A DNA stretch of 64,000 bases from an uncultured Bacilli bacterium (GCA_934120635.1 CAKOUR010000001.1:60696-124695), one strand, 5' to 3'. Shown: positions 39,633 through 50,188, counted from the first letter of the stretch. A program made the numbers and translations. The notes: generated from the sequence alone by a model not told the origin.

Positions 39633-40727
39633 ATGAGAGTAGTAATTAGTGCAGGAGGAACAGGAGGACATATTTATCCAGCTCTTGCAATCATTAATAA
39701 AATAAAAAAAGAAGAACCAAACAGTGAATTTATTTATATAGGAACTCACAACAGAATGGAAAAAGATTTAATTCCCTCACTAGGAATACCCTATGAAGGA
39801 ATAGAAATAACAGGATTTATTAGAAAACTAACTTTAGAAAATTTCAAAACTTTATTTCTTTTTCTAAAAGCCAGAAAAAAATGTCTAAAAATAATAGAAG
39901 AATTTAAACCAGATGTTGTAATTGGAGCAGGTGGATATGTCACAGCACCCGTAATTTGGGCAGCTCACAAATTAGGATGTAAAACATTCATTCATGAACA
40001 AAACTCTGTAGTAGGACTATCAAATAAATATTTAAGCAAATATGTTGATAAAATTGGTGTAAGTTTTGATTCAACATTAGGAGAATTTCCAAAAGACAAA
40101 GTGGTTTTAACAGGAAATCCTTGCAGTGAAAAAGCAATTCAAACAAAAGTCGCCAAAAAAAGCGATTTTGGATTAAGTGAAGATAAAAAATTAGTTTTAA
40201 TCGTTATGGGAAGTTTAGGCAGTAAAACAGTAAATGAAAAAATGGAAGAATACTTATATGGATTTCGAAATAAAAATTATGAAATTTTATTTGTAACAGG
40301 TGAACATTACTATGACTCTATTAAATCAAAGAGATTTCCATCAAATGTTAAAGTAGTTCCTTTCATCAAAGAATTACCATCAGTAATGAAAGTAACAGAT
40401 TTAATGGTATCACGGGCAGGAGCTTCCACGATGAGTGAAATTACTGCACTAGGAATTCCAACCATCTTTATTCCTAGTCCATATGTTACTAATAATCACC
40501 AATACAAAAATGCAGAAGATTTAGTTAAAAAAGATGCTGCTTTAATGATTGAAGAAAAAGACTTAAATAAAATATCTTTTATCCATATGATAGATGACAT
40601 TTTAGAAGATGAAGAAAAATACAAAAAAATAAAAGAGAATGTCAGTAAATTAGGAATCAAAGATTCCTCAACTAGAATTTATGACATATTAAAGGAATTG
40701 ATATTAAATGATAAAAAATTTTATTGA
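39633..40727 (+). CDS. murG: Undecaprenyldiphospho-muramoylpentapeptide beta-N-acetylglucosaminyltransferase
   Basis: MRVVISAGGTGGHIYPALAI and the C-terminal GT28 domain. ATG at 39633 follows RBS agaggtga. Confidence 0.9.
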   Translation: MRVVISAGGTGGHIYPALAIINKIKKEEPNSEFIYIGTHNRMEKDLIPSLGIPYEGIEITGFIRKLTLENFKTLFLFLKARKKCLKIIEEFKPDVVIGAGGYVTAPVIWAAHKLGCKTFIHEQNSVVGLSNKYLSKYVDKIGVSFDSTLGEFPKDKVVLTGNPCSEKAIQTKVAKKSDFGLSEDKKLVLIVMGSLGSKTVNEKMEEYLYGFRNKNYEILFVTGEHYYDSIKSKRFPSNVKVVPFIKELPSVMKVTDLMVSRAGASTMSEITALGIPTIFIPSPYVTNNHQYKNAEDLVKKDAALMIEEKDLNKISFIHMIDDILEDEEKYKKIKENVSKLGIKDSSTRIYDILKELILNDKKFY

Positions 40728-41598
40728 AAAGAACAACTATGAATATATAAGCGAAGCAAGCCTAAAAAGATATAATACTTATAGAGTGGATGTAAAGTGT
40801 AAGTATTTAATATTTCCTAAAACAAAAGAAGAATTTGTAGAATTACTAAAAGAACTAAAAAAGGAAAAAGAAAAATATCTTGTTTTAGGAAATGGAAGTA
40901 ATATTATTTTAAATACTGATTATTACGATGGAGTAGTAATTATTTTAAGTAAATTAAATAAAATGAAAATTGATGATTTAACTGTAGAAGTTGAAGCGGG
41001 ATATTCATTACAAAAACTTGCTTTAGAAACTTCAAGTTTAGGACTTGAAGGATTAGAGTTTGCAACAGGAATACCAGGGATGTTAGGAGCAAGTATTGCT
41101 ATGAACGCAGGCGCATATAAAAGTGACATTGCCTCAGTAGTAGAAACCGTAACTGTAGTAAATCCAGATAATGAAATCGTAACCATGCGTCATGATGATT
41201 TAAATTTCTCTTATCGAAATTCTTTTTTCAAGGAAAATAAAGGATATTATATCGTTTCAGCAACATTAAAACTAACAAAAGGTAAAAAAGAAGAAATATT
41301 AGAAAAAATTAGTAAAAGAAGAGTAAAAAGAATAGAAACACAGCCATTAGATATGCCATCAGCAGGATCTGTATTTAGAAATCCAGAAGGAATGTATGCA
41401 GGAGAACTAATTGAAAAGATAGGATTAAAAGGATATAAACTAAATGGAGCCATGGTATCAGAAAAACATGCAAACTTTATTGTAAATAAAGATAATGCTT
41501 CAGGAAAAGATATTGTAAAATTAATCAAAAAAATACAAGATGAAGTAAAAAAAGAATTTAACGTTGATTTAATTTTAGAACAAATTATTGTAGATTAG
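40708..41598 (+). CDS. murB: UDP-N-acetylenolpyruvoylglucosamine reductase
   Basis: FAD-binding domain LGNGSNIIL and the MurB C-terminal motif GSVFRNP. Confidence 0.9.
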   Translation: MIKNFIEKNNYEYISEASLKRYNTYRVDVKCKYLIFPKTKEEFVELLKELKKEKEKYLVLGNGSNIILNTDYYDGVVIILSKLNKMKIDDLTVEVEAGYSLQKLALETSSLGLEGLEFATGIPGMLGASIAMNAGAYKSDIASVVETVTVVNPDNEIVTMRHDDLNFSYRNSFFKENKGYYIVSATLKLTKGKKEEILEKISKRRVKRIETQPLDMPSAGSVFRNPEGMYAGELIEKIGLKGYKLNGAMVSEKHANFIVNKDNASGKDIVKLIKKIQDEVKKEFNVDLILEQIIVD

Positions 41599-41607
41599 GT
41601 GAATAAT

Positions 41608-42285
41608 ATGGCAAAAAAGAAGAAAAAAAGGGTATTAAAAGTAAAAAATATTTTAATTTTAGTATTAATAATTTTAATAATTATTTCTATTATATATTAC
41701 GCTCTAATAATGCCAATCAAAAATATATATATAGATGGAAATAATATTCTTTCTGATAACGAAATAATTGAACTATCTTCATTATCTAATTATCCATCTT
41801 TTTTGCTAACTAAAAGTACTGATATAAAAAATAAATTAAAGAGTAATCATTACATAGAAAATGTAAAAATAAAGAAAAAGTTAGGAAACATCATAGAACT
41901 ACATATCAAAGAGTATACTCCAATTTGTATTAATGTTAATCAATTAATATTATCTAATGGAAACAAATTAGATAATACCTATAACTTATCAGATATTCCA
42001 ACATTGACAAATGAAATAGAAGATAAAAAAATTTATCAAAAATTTGTAAAAAAATTTACTATAATTGATAAAAATATCTTAAGACAAATTTCAGAAATAG
42101 AATATCAACCAGTAGAAGTAGATAAAGAAAGATTTTTATTATATATGAATGATGGAAATTTAGTTTATATAACCTTAACAAAAATAAATACCTTAAATAA
42201 GTATAATCAAATTAAAGATAAATTAGAAAATCATTTAGGAATTATCTACCTTGATTCAGGGAATTATGTAGAAATAAGAAAATAA
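41608..42285 (+). CDS. divIB: Cell division protein DivIB/FtsQ-like (single TM plus POTRA)
   Basis: Basic N-terminus MAKKKKKR, TM ILILVLIILIIISIIYYALI, then the POTRA-like segment IKNIYIDGNNILSDNEIIELS. Conserved position after murB. Confidence 0.55.
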   Translation: MAKKKKKRVLKVKNILILVLIILIIISIIYYALIMPIKNIYIDGNNILSDNEIIELSSLSNYPSFLLTKSTDIKNKLKSNHYIENVKIKKKLGNIIELHIKEYTPICINVNQLILSNGNKLDNTYNLSDIPTLTNEIEDKKIYQKFVKKFTIIDKNILRQISEIEYQPVEVDKERFLLYMNDGNLVYITLTKINTLNKYNQIKDKLENHLGIIYLDSGNYVEIRK

Positions 42286-42288
42286 AGG

Positions 42289-42322
42289 TTCAAGAAAAAG
42301 CACTTTCTTGAACTGCTTTTTC
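42289..42322 (+). terminator. Rho-independent terminator
   Basis: ttcaagaaa aagcac tttcttgaa followed by ctgcttttt. Confidence 0.6.
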
Positions 42323-42390
42323 ATTATAAAAAATTCCTTTACTAAAAAGTACAATTATAGTATAATTAGTAGCGTGAAGGTGGGATTTTT

Positions 42391-42828
42391 ATGAAGGTTA
42401 TTTTTATTAAAGATTTAAAAAAACAAGGAAAAGTAAATGAAATTAAAGAAGTCAGTGATGGCTACGCAACAAACTATTTAATTAAAAATGGTTATGCAGT
42501 AAAATATACAAAAACAAGCTCTGATATCTTAAATAAAGATTTAAAGAAAAAAGAACAAGAAGAAAAAGAAAATATCAAAAAAGCTGAAGAAATGAAAAAG
42601 AAATTAGAAGCACTATCTATTTCCTTTAAAGTTTCTTCTAATAAAGGAAAGGTATTTGGAAGTATTAGTAGTAAACAAATAGGAGAAGAACTAAATAAAA
42701 AAGGAATAAAAATTGATAAAAAACAAATTTATGCCCAAAATTTAAATACACTTGGAGTACATGAAGTAGAAATCAATTTACATAAAAAAGTAATTGCTAA
42801 ATTACGAGTACAATTAATAGAGAAGTAG
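42391..42828 (+). CDS. rplI: 50S ribosomal protein L9
   Basis: MKVIFIKDLKKQGKVNEIKEVSDGYATNYLIKNGYA. Confidence 0.9.
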   Translation: MKVIFIKDLKKQGKVNEIKEVSDGYATNYLIKNGYAVKYTKTSSDILNKDLKKKEQEEKENIKKAEEMKKKLEALSISFKVSSNKGKVFGSISSKQIGEELNKKGIKIDKKQIYAQNLNTLGVHEVEINLHKKVIAKLRVQLIEK

Positions 42829-42838
42829 GTGATAATAC

Positions 42839-44185
42839 ATGGGACCAAACGGATTACCCAATAATATTGAAGCTGAAAAGGCATTAATAGGTTCTGCTTT
42901 TTGGTCCTATAATGCTCTACAAAAGGTTTGTGAAGAAATAAATGAAGAAGCATTTTATTTAGATAGTAATAGTAGAATATTTTCAGTAATAAAATATTTA
43001 TATCAAAATAAAAAACCAGTAGATGCCCAAACAGTAACAGCAGAAATTATCAACCGTGGTTGGCTAGTTCAAATTGGAGGCGTAGAATACTTAAATAGCG
43101 TTATCGAAAGTGTAGCAACTGGCGCCAATGTAGAGTATTATATTGATACAGTAGCAGAAAAATTCACACTTCGTCGAATGATAGAAGCAGCAACAGCAAT
43201 TATTACAAATGCCAACAAAACAGATATTAATTTGAGTGAAGTTGTAGAAGATGCCGAAAAAAGTATTTTAAATATATCCAAACTACGAAAGACAAGTGAA
43301 TTTAGAAACATTAAAGAAGTTCTAGAAAAAGCCCAAAATGATTTAGAAACATTAGCTAAAAATAAAGGAAGAGTTACAGGACTAACAACAGGATTAGTAG
43401 ATTTAGATAATTTAACAAACGGATTTAGTCCAACACAATTAATTATCGTAGCTGCAAGACCAGCTGTAGGTAAAACAGCTTTTGCCCTAAACATAGCCTG
43501 TGCAGCCGCAAAAAGTACAAAGAAAAATATTGCTGTATTCTCTCTAGAAATGCCAGCAGAACAATTAATTATGAGAATGATTAGTTCCCTTGGACAAGTA
43601 GATAATAAAAAATTACAAACAGGGCGTTTAGAAAATGAAGATTGGCGTCGAATTAATGAAGCAATTAGCCAACTTGCAGATACCAATATTTATTTTCATG
43701 ATGCGGGAGGAGTTACAGCAAGTGAAATAAAAGCAAAGTGTAGAAGATTATCAACTCAAGGAGAAGGACTAGGCTTAGTAATTATCGATTATCTACAATT
43801 AATTGACTCCTCATCAAAATATTCTGGAAGTAGGCAACAAGAAGTATCAGAAATTTCAAGAAATCTAAAGACAATGGCTTTAGAACTAGAAGTACCTGTT
43901 ATTGCCTTATCCCAGTTATCAAGAAGTGTTGAAAAAAGAGAAGACAAAAAACCAGTTTTATCCGATTTAAGAGAATCAGGATCAATCGAACAAGACGCAG
44001 ATATCGTAGCAGCTCTCCATGCCCCAGATGTAGAAGCACCACCAGATGATAATCTACCAGTTCCTATCCAATTAATTATTCTAAAACACAGAAATGGACC
44101 AATAGCAACAATTGATATGCTATTTAAGAAAAAAACTTCAACCTTTCTGTCGATAAAGAAAGAAGGCGATAGGAATGGCGGATAA
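42839..44185 (+). CDS. dnaB: Replicative DNA helicase (DnaB family, called DnaC in Bacillus)
   Basis: N-terminal IEAEKALIGSAF, Walker A ARPAVGKTAFALN and RecA-like core. 448 aa, so there is no intein. Confidence 0.9.
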   Translation: MGPNGLPNNIEAEKALIGSAFWSYNALQKVCEEINEEAFYLDSNSRIFSVIKYLYQNKKPVDAQTVTAEIINRGWLVQIGGVEYLNSVIESVATGANVEYYIDTVAEKFTLRRMIEAATAIITNANKTDINLSEVVEDAEKSILNISKLRKTSEFRNIKEVLEKAQNDLETLAKNKGRVTGLTTGLVDLDNLTNGFSPTQLIIVAARPAVGKTAFALNIACAAAKSTKKNIAVFSLEMPAEQLIMRMISSLGQVDNKKLQTGRLENEDWRRINEAISQLADTNIYFHDAGGVTASEIKAKCRRLSTQGEGLGLVIIDYLQLIDSSSKYSGSRQQEVSEISRNLKTMALELEVPVIALSQLSRSVEKREDKKPVLSDLRESGSIEQDADIVAALHAPDVEAPPDDNLPVPIQLIILKHRNGPIATIDMLFKKKTSTFLSIKKEGDRNGG

Positions 44186-45695
44186 TCGTTTTAGAGTATC
44201 ATATATATTAGTAATAATATTATTAGGAATATTAGTATTTGCTTTAGGATTTACTCGCTATAGTACTAAAAATCCACAAAATGTATACCAAATATATATT
44301 GATGGAGAAATCATTGGTACAGTAGAAAGTAAGACAGATTTTGAAGAATTTATCAATAAAAAAGAAGAATCCATCAAGAAAAAGTATGACGTAAAAAAAG
44401 TAGAAGTACCAAACGGGGTAATGATTAAAGAAGTGACAACTTATAATAAAAATATTGATAGCAATGAAGAAGTATACAAAAGAATAGTCAAGAAAAAACA
44501 ATTTACCATTAAAGGGGTAGCCATTACAATAAAAAATAAAAAAGAAAAAAATTATAAAACAAAATATATTTATGTTTTAAATAAAAAAATATTTGATGAT
44601 GCAATTACTCAATTAATAAAATCTTTTGTAAATGAAGATGATTATAAAAGTTATATGGAAAGTACACAAAAAGAAATTGTAGATACAGGAAAAGTAATTA
44701 AAGATATCTCTATTGCAGAAGATATTACATATAAATCATCTTATATTTCTATCGATAAAGAAATCTTTACTGATTCTAGTACTTTAGCAAAATATTTATT
44801 ATACGGAACAACAAAAAAACAATCTACTTATCAAGTACAAGAAGGAGATACCATAGAAACTGTTGCTAATGCTAATAAACTAAATGTCCAAGAATTCTTA
44901 ATAGCAAATTCTAACTTCAAAAGTGAAAATGCACTACTTTATACAGGGCAAGAAGTAAATGTAGGATTAATTAATCCATTAATTAGCGTAGTAGTAGAAA
45001 TCAATGGCGTAAGTGATGAAGAAAAAAACTATATAGTCAATGTTCAATATGACACTAACCAAGTACAAGGTGTAGAATACGTAAAACAAGAAGGAGAAAA
45101 TGGATTATACCGAGTTAGTAGAGAATATGAGTACATCAATGGTCAATTATCAGATACTATCAACTTAAATACTATTGAATTGAAACCAAGTGTAGATAAA
45201 ATTATTGTGAAAGGTTCTAAAGAAATACCTCATGTTGCAGATCTTTCTCACTGGGCATGGCCAACAGATACTCCGTACACGATTACCACATATTTTGGTT
45301 ATCGTTGGGGAAGTATGCATGCTGCATTAGATATCTATGGACCAGGATATGGCTCAAATATTTATGCCGCTAATAATGGAACCGTGGTTGAAACAAAAGG
45401 TGGTTGTGTTCCGGGGAATATTTCATGTAATGGAAGACAAGGAAACTATATCTTGATTAACCACAACACAGGAAATTATTATACACAGTATATGCACTTA
45501 TCAACAATATTAGTAAAAGCAGGACAAGTAGTAAGTAGAGGACAAAAAATAGCAACTATGGGAAATACAGGAGAAGTATATCCAACACCAAACTCTTATA
45601 GTCCTTACAGTGGAACTCATTTACACTTTGCCGCATGGAGAGGATATCCACACCGCGGTGGAACTCCATTCGATCCGTTTACACTATACCGATGA
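44175..45695 (+). CDS. Membrane-anchored M23 family metallopeptidase with LysM domain
   Basis: N-terminal TM, LysM YQVQEGDTIETVANANKLNVQEFLIANS, and M23 motifs HAALDIYG and GTHLHF at the C-terminus. Confidence 0.75.
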   Translation: MADNRFRVSYILVIILLGILVFALGFTRYSTKNPQNVYQIYIDGEIIGTVESKTDFEEFINKKEESIKKKYDVKKVEVPNGVMIKEVTTYNKNIDSNEEVYKRIVKKKQFTIKGVAITIKNKKEKNYKTKYIYVLNKKIFDDAITQLIKSFVNEDDYKSYMESTQKEIVDTGKVIKDISIAEDITYKSSYISIDKEIFTDSSTLAKYLLYGTTKKQSTYQVQEGDTIETVANANKLNVQEFLIANSNFKSENALLYTGQEVNVGLINPLISVVVEINGVSDEEKNYIVNVQYDTNQVQGVEYVKQEGENGLYRVSREYEYINGQLSDTINLNTIELKPSVDKIIVKGSKEIPHVADLSHWAWPTDTPYTITTYFGYRWGSMHAALDIYGPGYGSNIYAANNGTVVETKGGCVPGNISCNGRQGNYILINHNTGNYYTQYMHLSTILVKAGQVVSRGQKIATMGNTGEVYPTPNSYSPYSGTHLHFAAWRGYPHRGGTPFDPFTLYR

Positions 45696-46453
45696 AAGCA
45701 ATCGTATTATCATCAGGTAGTAAAGGAAACACTACCTATATCGAGTGTAATGGAACAAAAATATTAATCGATCTAGGAAATACTTGTAAATATGTTAAAG
45801 AAAAATTAAGTACTTTACAAATAAACGCGGAAGACCTAGATGCCATTTTAATCACTCATACTCATGTAGATCATGTCAAAGGCCTAAAAGTATTCCAAAA
45901 AAAATATCATACAAAAGTTTATTTGACAGAAAAAATGCTAGAAGATCTAGATTACATTGACAATTACCAAATTATTGACAACCATGGAGAATTTCAAATT
46001 AATAATTTAACTATTCATGTATTAAAAACAAGTCACGATACCCCTGATTCCGTAGGTTATGTTGTAGAAGGAGAGCATAAAAGTGTTGTATATATAACAG
46101 ATACAGGATATATCAATCAAAAATATTTTTCTCTCCTTACCAATAAAGAAATTTATATCATGGAAAGTAATCACGATATTGAAATGCTGAATCATAGCTC
46201 ATATCCCTTTAAAGTAAGACAAAGAATATTAGGAGATAAAGGCCATTTATCCAATTATGACTCAGCAAGGTATCTTTCTACATTTATAGGAGAAAATACC
46301 AAATATATCTTACTTGCCCATTTATCTCATGAAAATAACACAGAATCCTTAGCTTATGAAACACTAAATAATAGATTAAAAGAAAATCAGCAAAAGGTAG
46401 AAAAAATTATCATCACCAAACAAGATGAAGAATCAGAGGAGGTTTGTGTATGA
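45692..46453 (+). CDS. MBL-fold metallo-hydrolase (YycJ/WalJ-like)
   Basis: MKAIVLSSGSKGNTTYIE and ILITHTHVDHVKGL. The ATGA start/stop overlap with the upstream gene is preferred over the longer ORF-track start. Confidence 0.75.
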   Translation: MKAIVLSSGSKGNTTYIECNGTKILIDLGNTCKYVKEKLSTLQINAEDLDAILITHTHVDHVKGLKVFQKKYHTKVYLTEKMLEDLDYIDNYQIIDNHGEFQINNLTIHVLKTSHDTPDSVGYVVEGEHKSVVYITDTGYINQKYFSLLTNKEIYIMESNHDIEMLNHSSYPFKVRQRILGDKGHLSNYDSARYLSTFIGENTKYILLAHLSHENNTESLAYETLNNRLKENQQKVEKIIITKQDEESEEVCV

Positions 46454-46884
46454 TAAAAATATTATGTATAGGAAAAATTAAAGAATCATTTTATCAAGGT
46501 GCTATTAACGAATATCAAAAAAGACTAAAAAAATATCATAAAGTTATCATTGAAGAACTACCAGACTCAAATAAACAAAAAGAAGAAGAACTTTTATTAA
46601 AAAAAATCAACACAAAAGATTACAATATTGTTTTAGATATTGAAGGAAAAATGCTAAATTCTATCGAACTTTCTAATCATATTGATAAAACATTTCAAAT
46701 AAACTCCAATATTACATTTATCATAGGAGGTAGTGATGGACTAACAGAGAAAGTAAAAGAAATAGCAGACTTTAAATTATCTTTCTCAAAACTAACTTTT
46801 CCTCATCAATTATTTAGAGTAATTCTTTTAGAACAAATTTATAGAAGTTTTAAAATACTGAATCATGAAACTTATCACAAATAA
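46450..46884 (+). CDS. rlmH: 23S rRNA (pseudouridine1915-N3)-methyltransferase RlmH (SPOUT)
   Basis: MIKILCIGKIKESFYQGAINEYQKRLKKY and C-terminal IGGSDGL. ATGA overlap with the upstream gene. Confidence 0.85.
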   Translation: MIKILCIGKIKESFYQGAINEYQKRLKKYHKVIIEELPDSNKQKEEELLLKKINTKDYNIVLDIEGKMLNSIELSNHIDKTFQINSNITFIIGGSDGLTEKVKEIADFKLSFSKLTFPHQLFRVILLEQIYRSFKILNHETYHK

Positions 46885-46910
46885 GTTTTTTTCTAAAGAA
46901 AGGAGTTTAT

Positions 46911-47861
46911 ATGTTTATTAATTTAATATTATTAATTATAGGATTTATCATTTTAATTAAAGGAGCAGATATTTTTGTCGATGGAGCATCCGCTGTAGCA
47001 GGAAACTTTAAAGTATCTAAAATGCTAATAGGATTAACCATAGTAGCTTTTGGAACAAGTGCTCCAGAACTTGCCGTTAGCATAAAGTCCCTTCTATCAG
47101 GAAGTGGCGATATCGTATTAGGAAATGTTATAGGAAGTAATATCTTAAATATTCTTCTTATTCTAGGAATAAGCTCTTTATTTCATTCATTAAGTGTAAA
47201 AAATAATACCGTAAAAAAAGAATTACCAATTACCATCTTAATTACAACTCTCTTTGCCGTATTATTATCAGATAATCTCATTAATCATACAAAAGATAAT
47301 TTTACTAGAGGAGATGGAATAACTTTAATTTTATTCTTCCTTGTCTTTATCTATTATCTAATTAGTATGGCAAGAAAAAAGATAGATATTGATGATAAAA
47401 CAGAATATATGCCTCTATCTAAAGCTTTTATTTTTACTGCTATTGGATTAATTTCAATCATTTTAGGAAGCAATCTTGTAGTAGATCATGCCTCTAACTT
47501 AGCCAAATTATTAGGCATTAGTGAAAAATTAATTGCCCTAACTATAATAGCCCTAGGAACATCTCTTCCCGAATTAGTAACATCAGTTATGGCGACAAGA
47601 AAAGGAGAGTATGACATTGCTATTGGAAATGTCGTAGGAAGTAATATCTTTAACATCGGTATAGTAACAGGAATTCCCATTGCCATCTTAGGAGGAATAT
47701 CCAAAGTTTCTTTTAATCAAATCGATTTATTCATCATGTTACTTTCTGTTATTCTATTATTTGTCTTTTCTTATAAAAATCAAAAAATTACCAAAAAAGA
47801 GGGAATTATCTTCTTAATTTTATTTGTTATCTATTATAGTTATGTAATATATGTAGGATAA
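46911..47861 (+). CDS. Calcium/cation antiporter (CaCA family, YrbG-like)
   Basis: Two alpha-repeats GTSAPELAVS and GTSLPELVTS. 10 TM helices. Confidence 0.8.
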   Translation: MFINLILLIIGFIILIKGADIFVDGASAVAGNFKVSKMLIGLTIVAFGTSAPELAVSIKSLLSGSGDIVLGNVIGSNILNILLILGISSLFHSLSVKNNTVKKELPITILITTLFAVLLSDNLINHTKDNFTRGDGITLILFFLVFIYYLISMARKKIDIDDKTEYMPLSKAFIFTAIGLISIILGSNLVVDHASNLAKLLGISEKLIALTIIALGTSLPELVTSVMATRKGEYDIAIGNVVGSNIFNIGIVTGIPIAILGGISKVSFNQIDLFIMLLSVILLFVFSYKNQKITKKEGIIFLILFVIYYSYVIYVG

Positions 47862-47951
47862 AGGCTAAAGAAGTATTTTTCTTCTTTTTTCTTTTTCTTA
47901 AAATACTGAATGAGAACAAGACAACAAGATAAAGATTTTATCAAAAAAGTA

Positions 47952-47965
47952 CGAACAAATGTACG
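47952..47965. promoter_or_regulatory. Putative LexA (Cheo-like) box CGAACAAATGTACG upstream of recA
   Basis: GAAC-N4-GTaC has one mismatch to the Firmicutes consensus GAAC-N4-GTTC. It sits 9 nt upstream of the recA -35. An inverted copy of GTACGAAC (GTTCGTAC) lies at 48006-48013, just downstream of the -10. Confidence 0.35.
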
Positions 47966-47973
47966 TTAAAATA

Positions 47974-48002
47974 TTGACAAAGTAATTTTAGTAGTTTATA
48001 AT
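47974..48002 (+). promoter_or_regulatory. recA promoter TTGACA-17-TATAAT
   Basis: TTGACA at 47974-47979, a 17-nt spacer and TATAAT at 47997-48002. RBS aaaggaga lies before the ATG at 48034. Confidence 0.6.
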
Positions 48003-48033
48003 AGGGTTCGTACAGTGAGTAAAGGAGATAAAC

Positions 48034-49098
48034 ATGAGTAAAATATTAGAAAAAGACAAAGCTTTAGCCCAAGTAATGGCCGATATTGAAAAACAATTTG
48101 GTAAAGGATCGATTATGAAATTAGGAGAACAGGAAAATGCTGAAGTAGAAGTAAGTAAAACTGGATCTTTAGCATTAGATATTGCTTTAGGAGTAGGAGG
48201 ATATCCCAAAGGAAGAATTGTTGAAATTTATGGTCCAGAATCTTCAGGGAAAACAACTTTTGCTCTTCACGCAATTGCAGAAGTACAAAAAGAAGGAGGA
48301 AGAGCAGCATTTATCGATGCAGAACACTCCGTTGATCCTGTCTATGCTGAGGCACTAGGAGTAGATATCGATGAATTATTATTATCACAGCCAGATACAG
48401 GAGAACAAGCCTTAGAAATTTGTGATGCTCTAGTAAAAAGTGAAGCAATAAATATTATTGTCATTGACTCTGTAGCAGCTCTAGTTCCCCAAGCAGAAAT
48501 TGATGGAGAAATGGGAGATTCTCATGTTGGCTTACAAGCAAGATTAATGAGTCAAGCCCTAAGAAAATTATCCGGTTCAATTAGTAAAACCAACACAATT
48601 GTTATATTTATTAATCAATTAAGAGAAAAAGTAGGTGTCATGTTCGGAAATCCAGAAACAACACCAGGAGGAAAAGCCTTGAAGTATTATTCTTCTGTAC
48701 GTCTAGACATTAGAAGAGGAGAACAATTAAAACAAGGAACAGATATCGTAGGTAATTCTACCAAAATAAAAGTCGTAAAAAACAAAGTAGCGCCACCTTT
48801 CAAAACAGCTGTTGTAGATATCATGTATGGAACAGGAATATCTCATGAAGGAGAAGTATTAGACTTAGCAACAGAAGCAGGAATCGTCGAAAAAAGTGGA
48901 GCTTGGTATGCTTATAAAGAGAATAAAATCGGTCAAGGAAAAGAAAATGCTAAAGTATACCTAACCAAAAATCCAGAAATATTAAAGGAAATAGAAGACC
49001 AAGTAAGAGAATGCTATGGAATAGATAAAAAAGAAAAAGGAAAAAAAGAAAAAAAGGAAAAAGTTACCAAAAAAGAAGAAAAGAAAGAAGAAAAATAA
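48034..49098 (+). CDS. recA: Recombinase RecA
   Basis: Walker [10 protein letters not shown] and loop L2. The C-terminal tail is unusually Lys/Glu-rich ([23 protein letters not shown]). Confidence 0.95.
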   Translation: MSKILEKDKALAQVMADIEKQFGKGSIMKLGEQENAEVEVSKTGSLALDIALGVGGYPKGRIVEIYGPESSGKTTFALHAIAEVQKEGGRAAFIDAEHSVDPVYAEALGVDIDELLLSQPDTGEQALEICDALVKSEAINIIVIDSVAALVPQAEIDGEMGDSHVGLQARLMSQALRKLSGSISKTNTIVIFINQLREKVGVMFGNPETTPGGKALKYYSSVRLDIRRGEQLKQGTDIVGNSTKIKVVKNKVAPPFKTAVVDIMYGTGISHEGEVLDLATEAGIVEKSGAWYAYKENKIGQGKENAKVYLTKNPEILKEIEDQVRECYGIDKKEKGKKEKKEKVTKKEEKKEEK

Positions 49099-49129
49099 AA
49101 CTGATGGAAAAAAATCAGTTCTTTTCTTT
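49099..49129 (+). terminator. Rho-independent terminator after recA
   Basis: aactgat ggaaaaaa atcagtt followed by cttttcttt. Confidence 0.6.
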
Positions 49130-49219
49130 AATAAAGACTAAAACAAAAGCAAAAGAAAATATAAGTATTATAATCATATAACTTATGTTATAATAAACAT
49201 ATAGAAATGAGGAAATAAA

Positions 49220-50188
49220 ATGGGACTATTTGACAAAATAAAAAAAGCATTTACCACAAATAAAACAGAAGCAGTAGAAAAATATGACAAAGGATTAGAA
49301 AAAACGAGAAAAGAATTTGTCTCTCAATTATCTAACTTAAGTAAAAAATATAAAAATATTGATGAAAACTATTTCGAAGAATTGGAAGATATCTTAATCA
49401 TGGCAGATATTGGTGTAGATACTGTAATGAAATTTGTAGAACTATTGAGAAAAAGAGTAAAAACCGAAAAAATAGAAGATGCCAGTAAGTTAAAAGATAT
49501 TATCATTGATGAATTATTTATCATGTATGTAGGCAATGATATATTAGATAGTAAAATTCATTATGCTGAAGATGGACCAACAGTAATTTTATTTGTCGGA
49601 GTAAACGGAGTAGGAAAAACAACAACCATAGGAAAATTTGCTCATCAATTAAAAGAACAAGGAAAAAAAGTAATGTTAGTAGCAGGAGATACATTTAGAG
49701 CAGGAGCAATTGAACAATTAGAAGAATGGGGAGAAAAGGTGGGAACAACAGTAATATCCTCAACCTCAAAAGATCCTTCTAGCGTCATGTATGATGGACT
49801 AGAAAAAGCCGTAAAAGAAGATTATGATGTTGTTTTAATTGATACAGCAGGAAGACTTCAAAATAAAGAAAATCTAATGAGAGAACTAGAAAAAGTCAAT
49901 CGTGTAATTCAAAAAATTATACCAACCGCTCCACATGAAACCCTTTTAGTTATTGATGCAACGACAGGACAAAATGGAATTAGTCAGGCTAAAAATTTTA
50001 AAGAAATCACAAATATCACAGGTATTGTTTTAACAAAATTAGATGGAACAGCCAAAGGAGGGATTGTCTTAGCAATCAAAGAATCCGTAGCCCTTCCTGT
50101 TAAATATGTAGGATTAGGAGAAGGAATGGATGATTTAGAAAAATTTGATATTGAAAAATATATTTATGGATTATTTAAAGATTTGTAG
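49220..50188 (+). CDS. ftsY: Signal recognition particle receptor FtsY (short form)
   Basis: NG domain with GVNGVGKTTTIGK, DTAGR and TKLDGTAKGG. An extended -10 tatgTTATAAT lies upstream. Confidence 0.9.
   Translation: MGLFDKIKKAFTTNKTEAVEKYDKGLEKTRKEFVSQLSNLSKKYKNIDENYFEELEDILIMADIGVDTVMKFVELLRKRVKTEKIEDASKLKDIIIDELFIMYVGNDILDSKIHYAEDGPTVILFVGVNGVGKTTTIGKFAHQLKEQGKKVMLVAGDTFRAGAIEQLEEWGEKVGTTVISSTSKDPSSVMYDGLEKAVKEDYDVVLIDTAGRLQNKENLMRELEKVNRVIQKIIPTAPHETLLVIDATTGQNGISQAKNFKEITNITGIVLTKLDGTAKGGIVLAIKESVALPVKYVGLGEGMDDLEKFDIEKYIYGLFKDL

Noticed and set aside
42839-44185. Possible intein in the replicative helicase
   Set aside because: The protein is 448 aa with contiguous helicase motifs, so there is no room for an intein.
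46853-46866. Repeat-motif look-alikes inside coding regions (aaaatactgaatc in rlmH, aaatactgatta in murB, agtactgatat in divIB)
   Set aside because: They are partial matches lacking the full 10-mer and are expected by chance from Asn-Thr-Asp codons in an AT-rich genome. They were not counted in the enrichment estimate.
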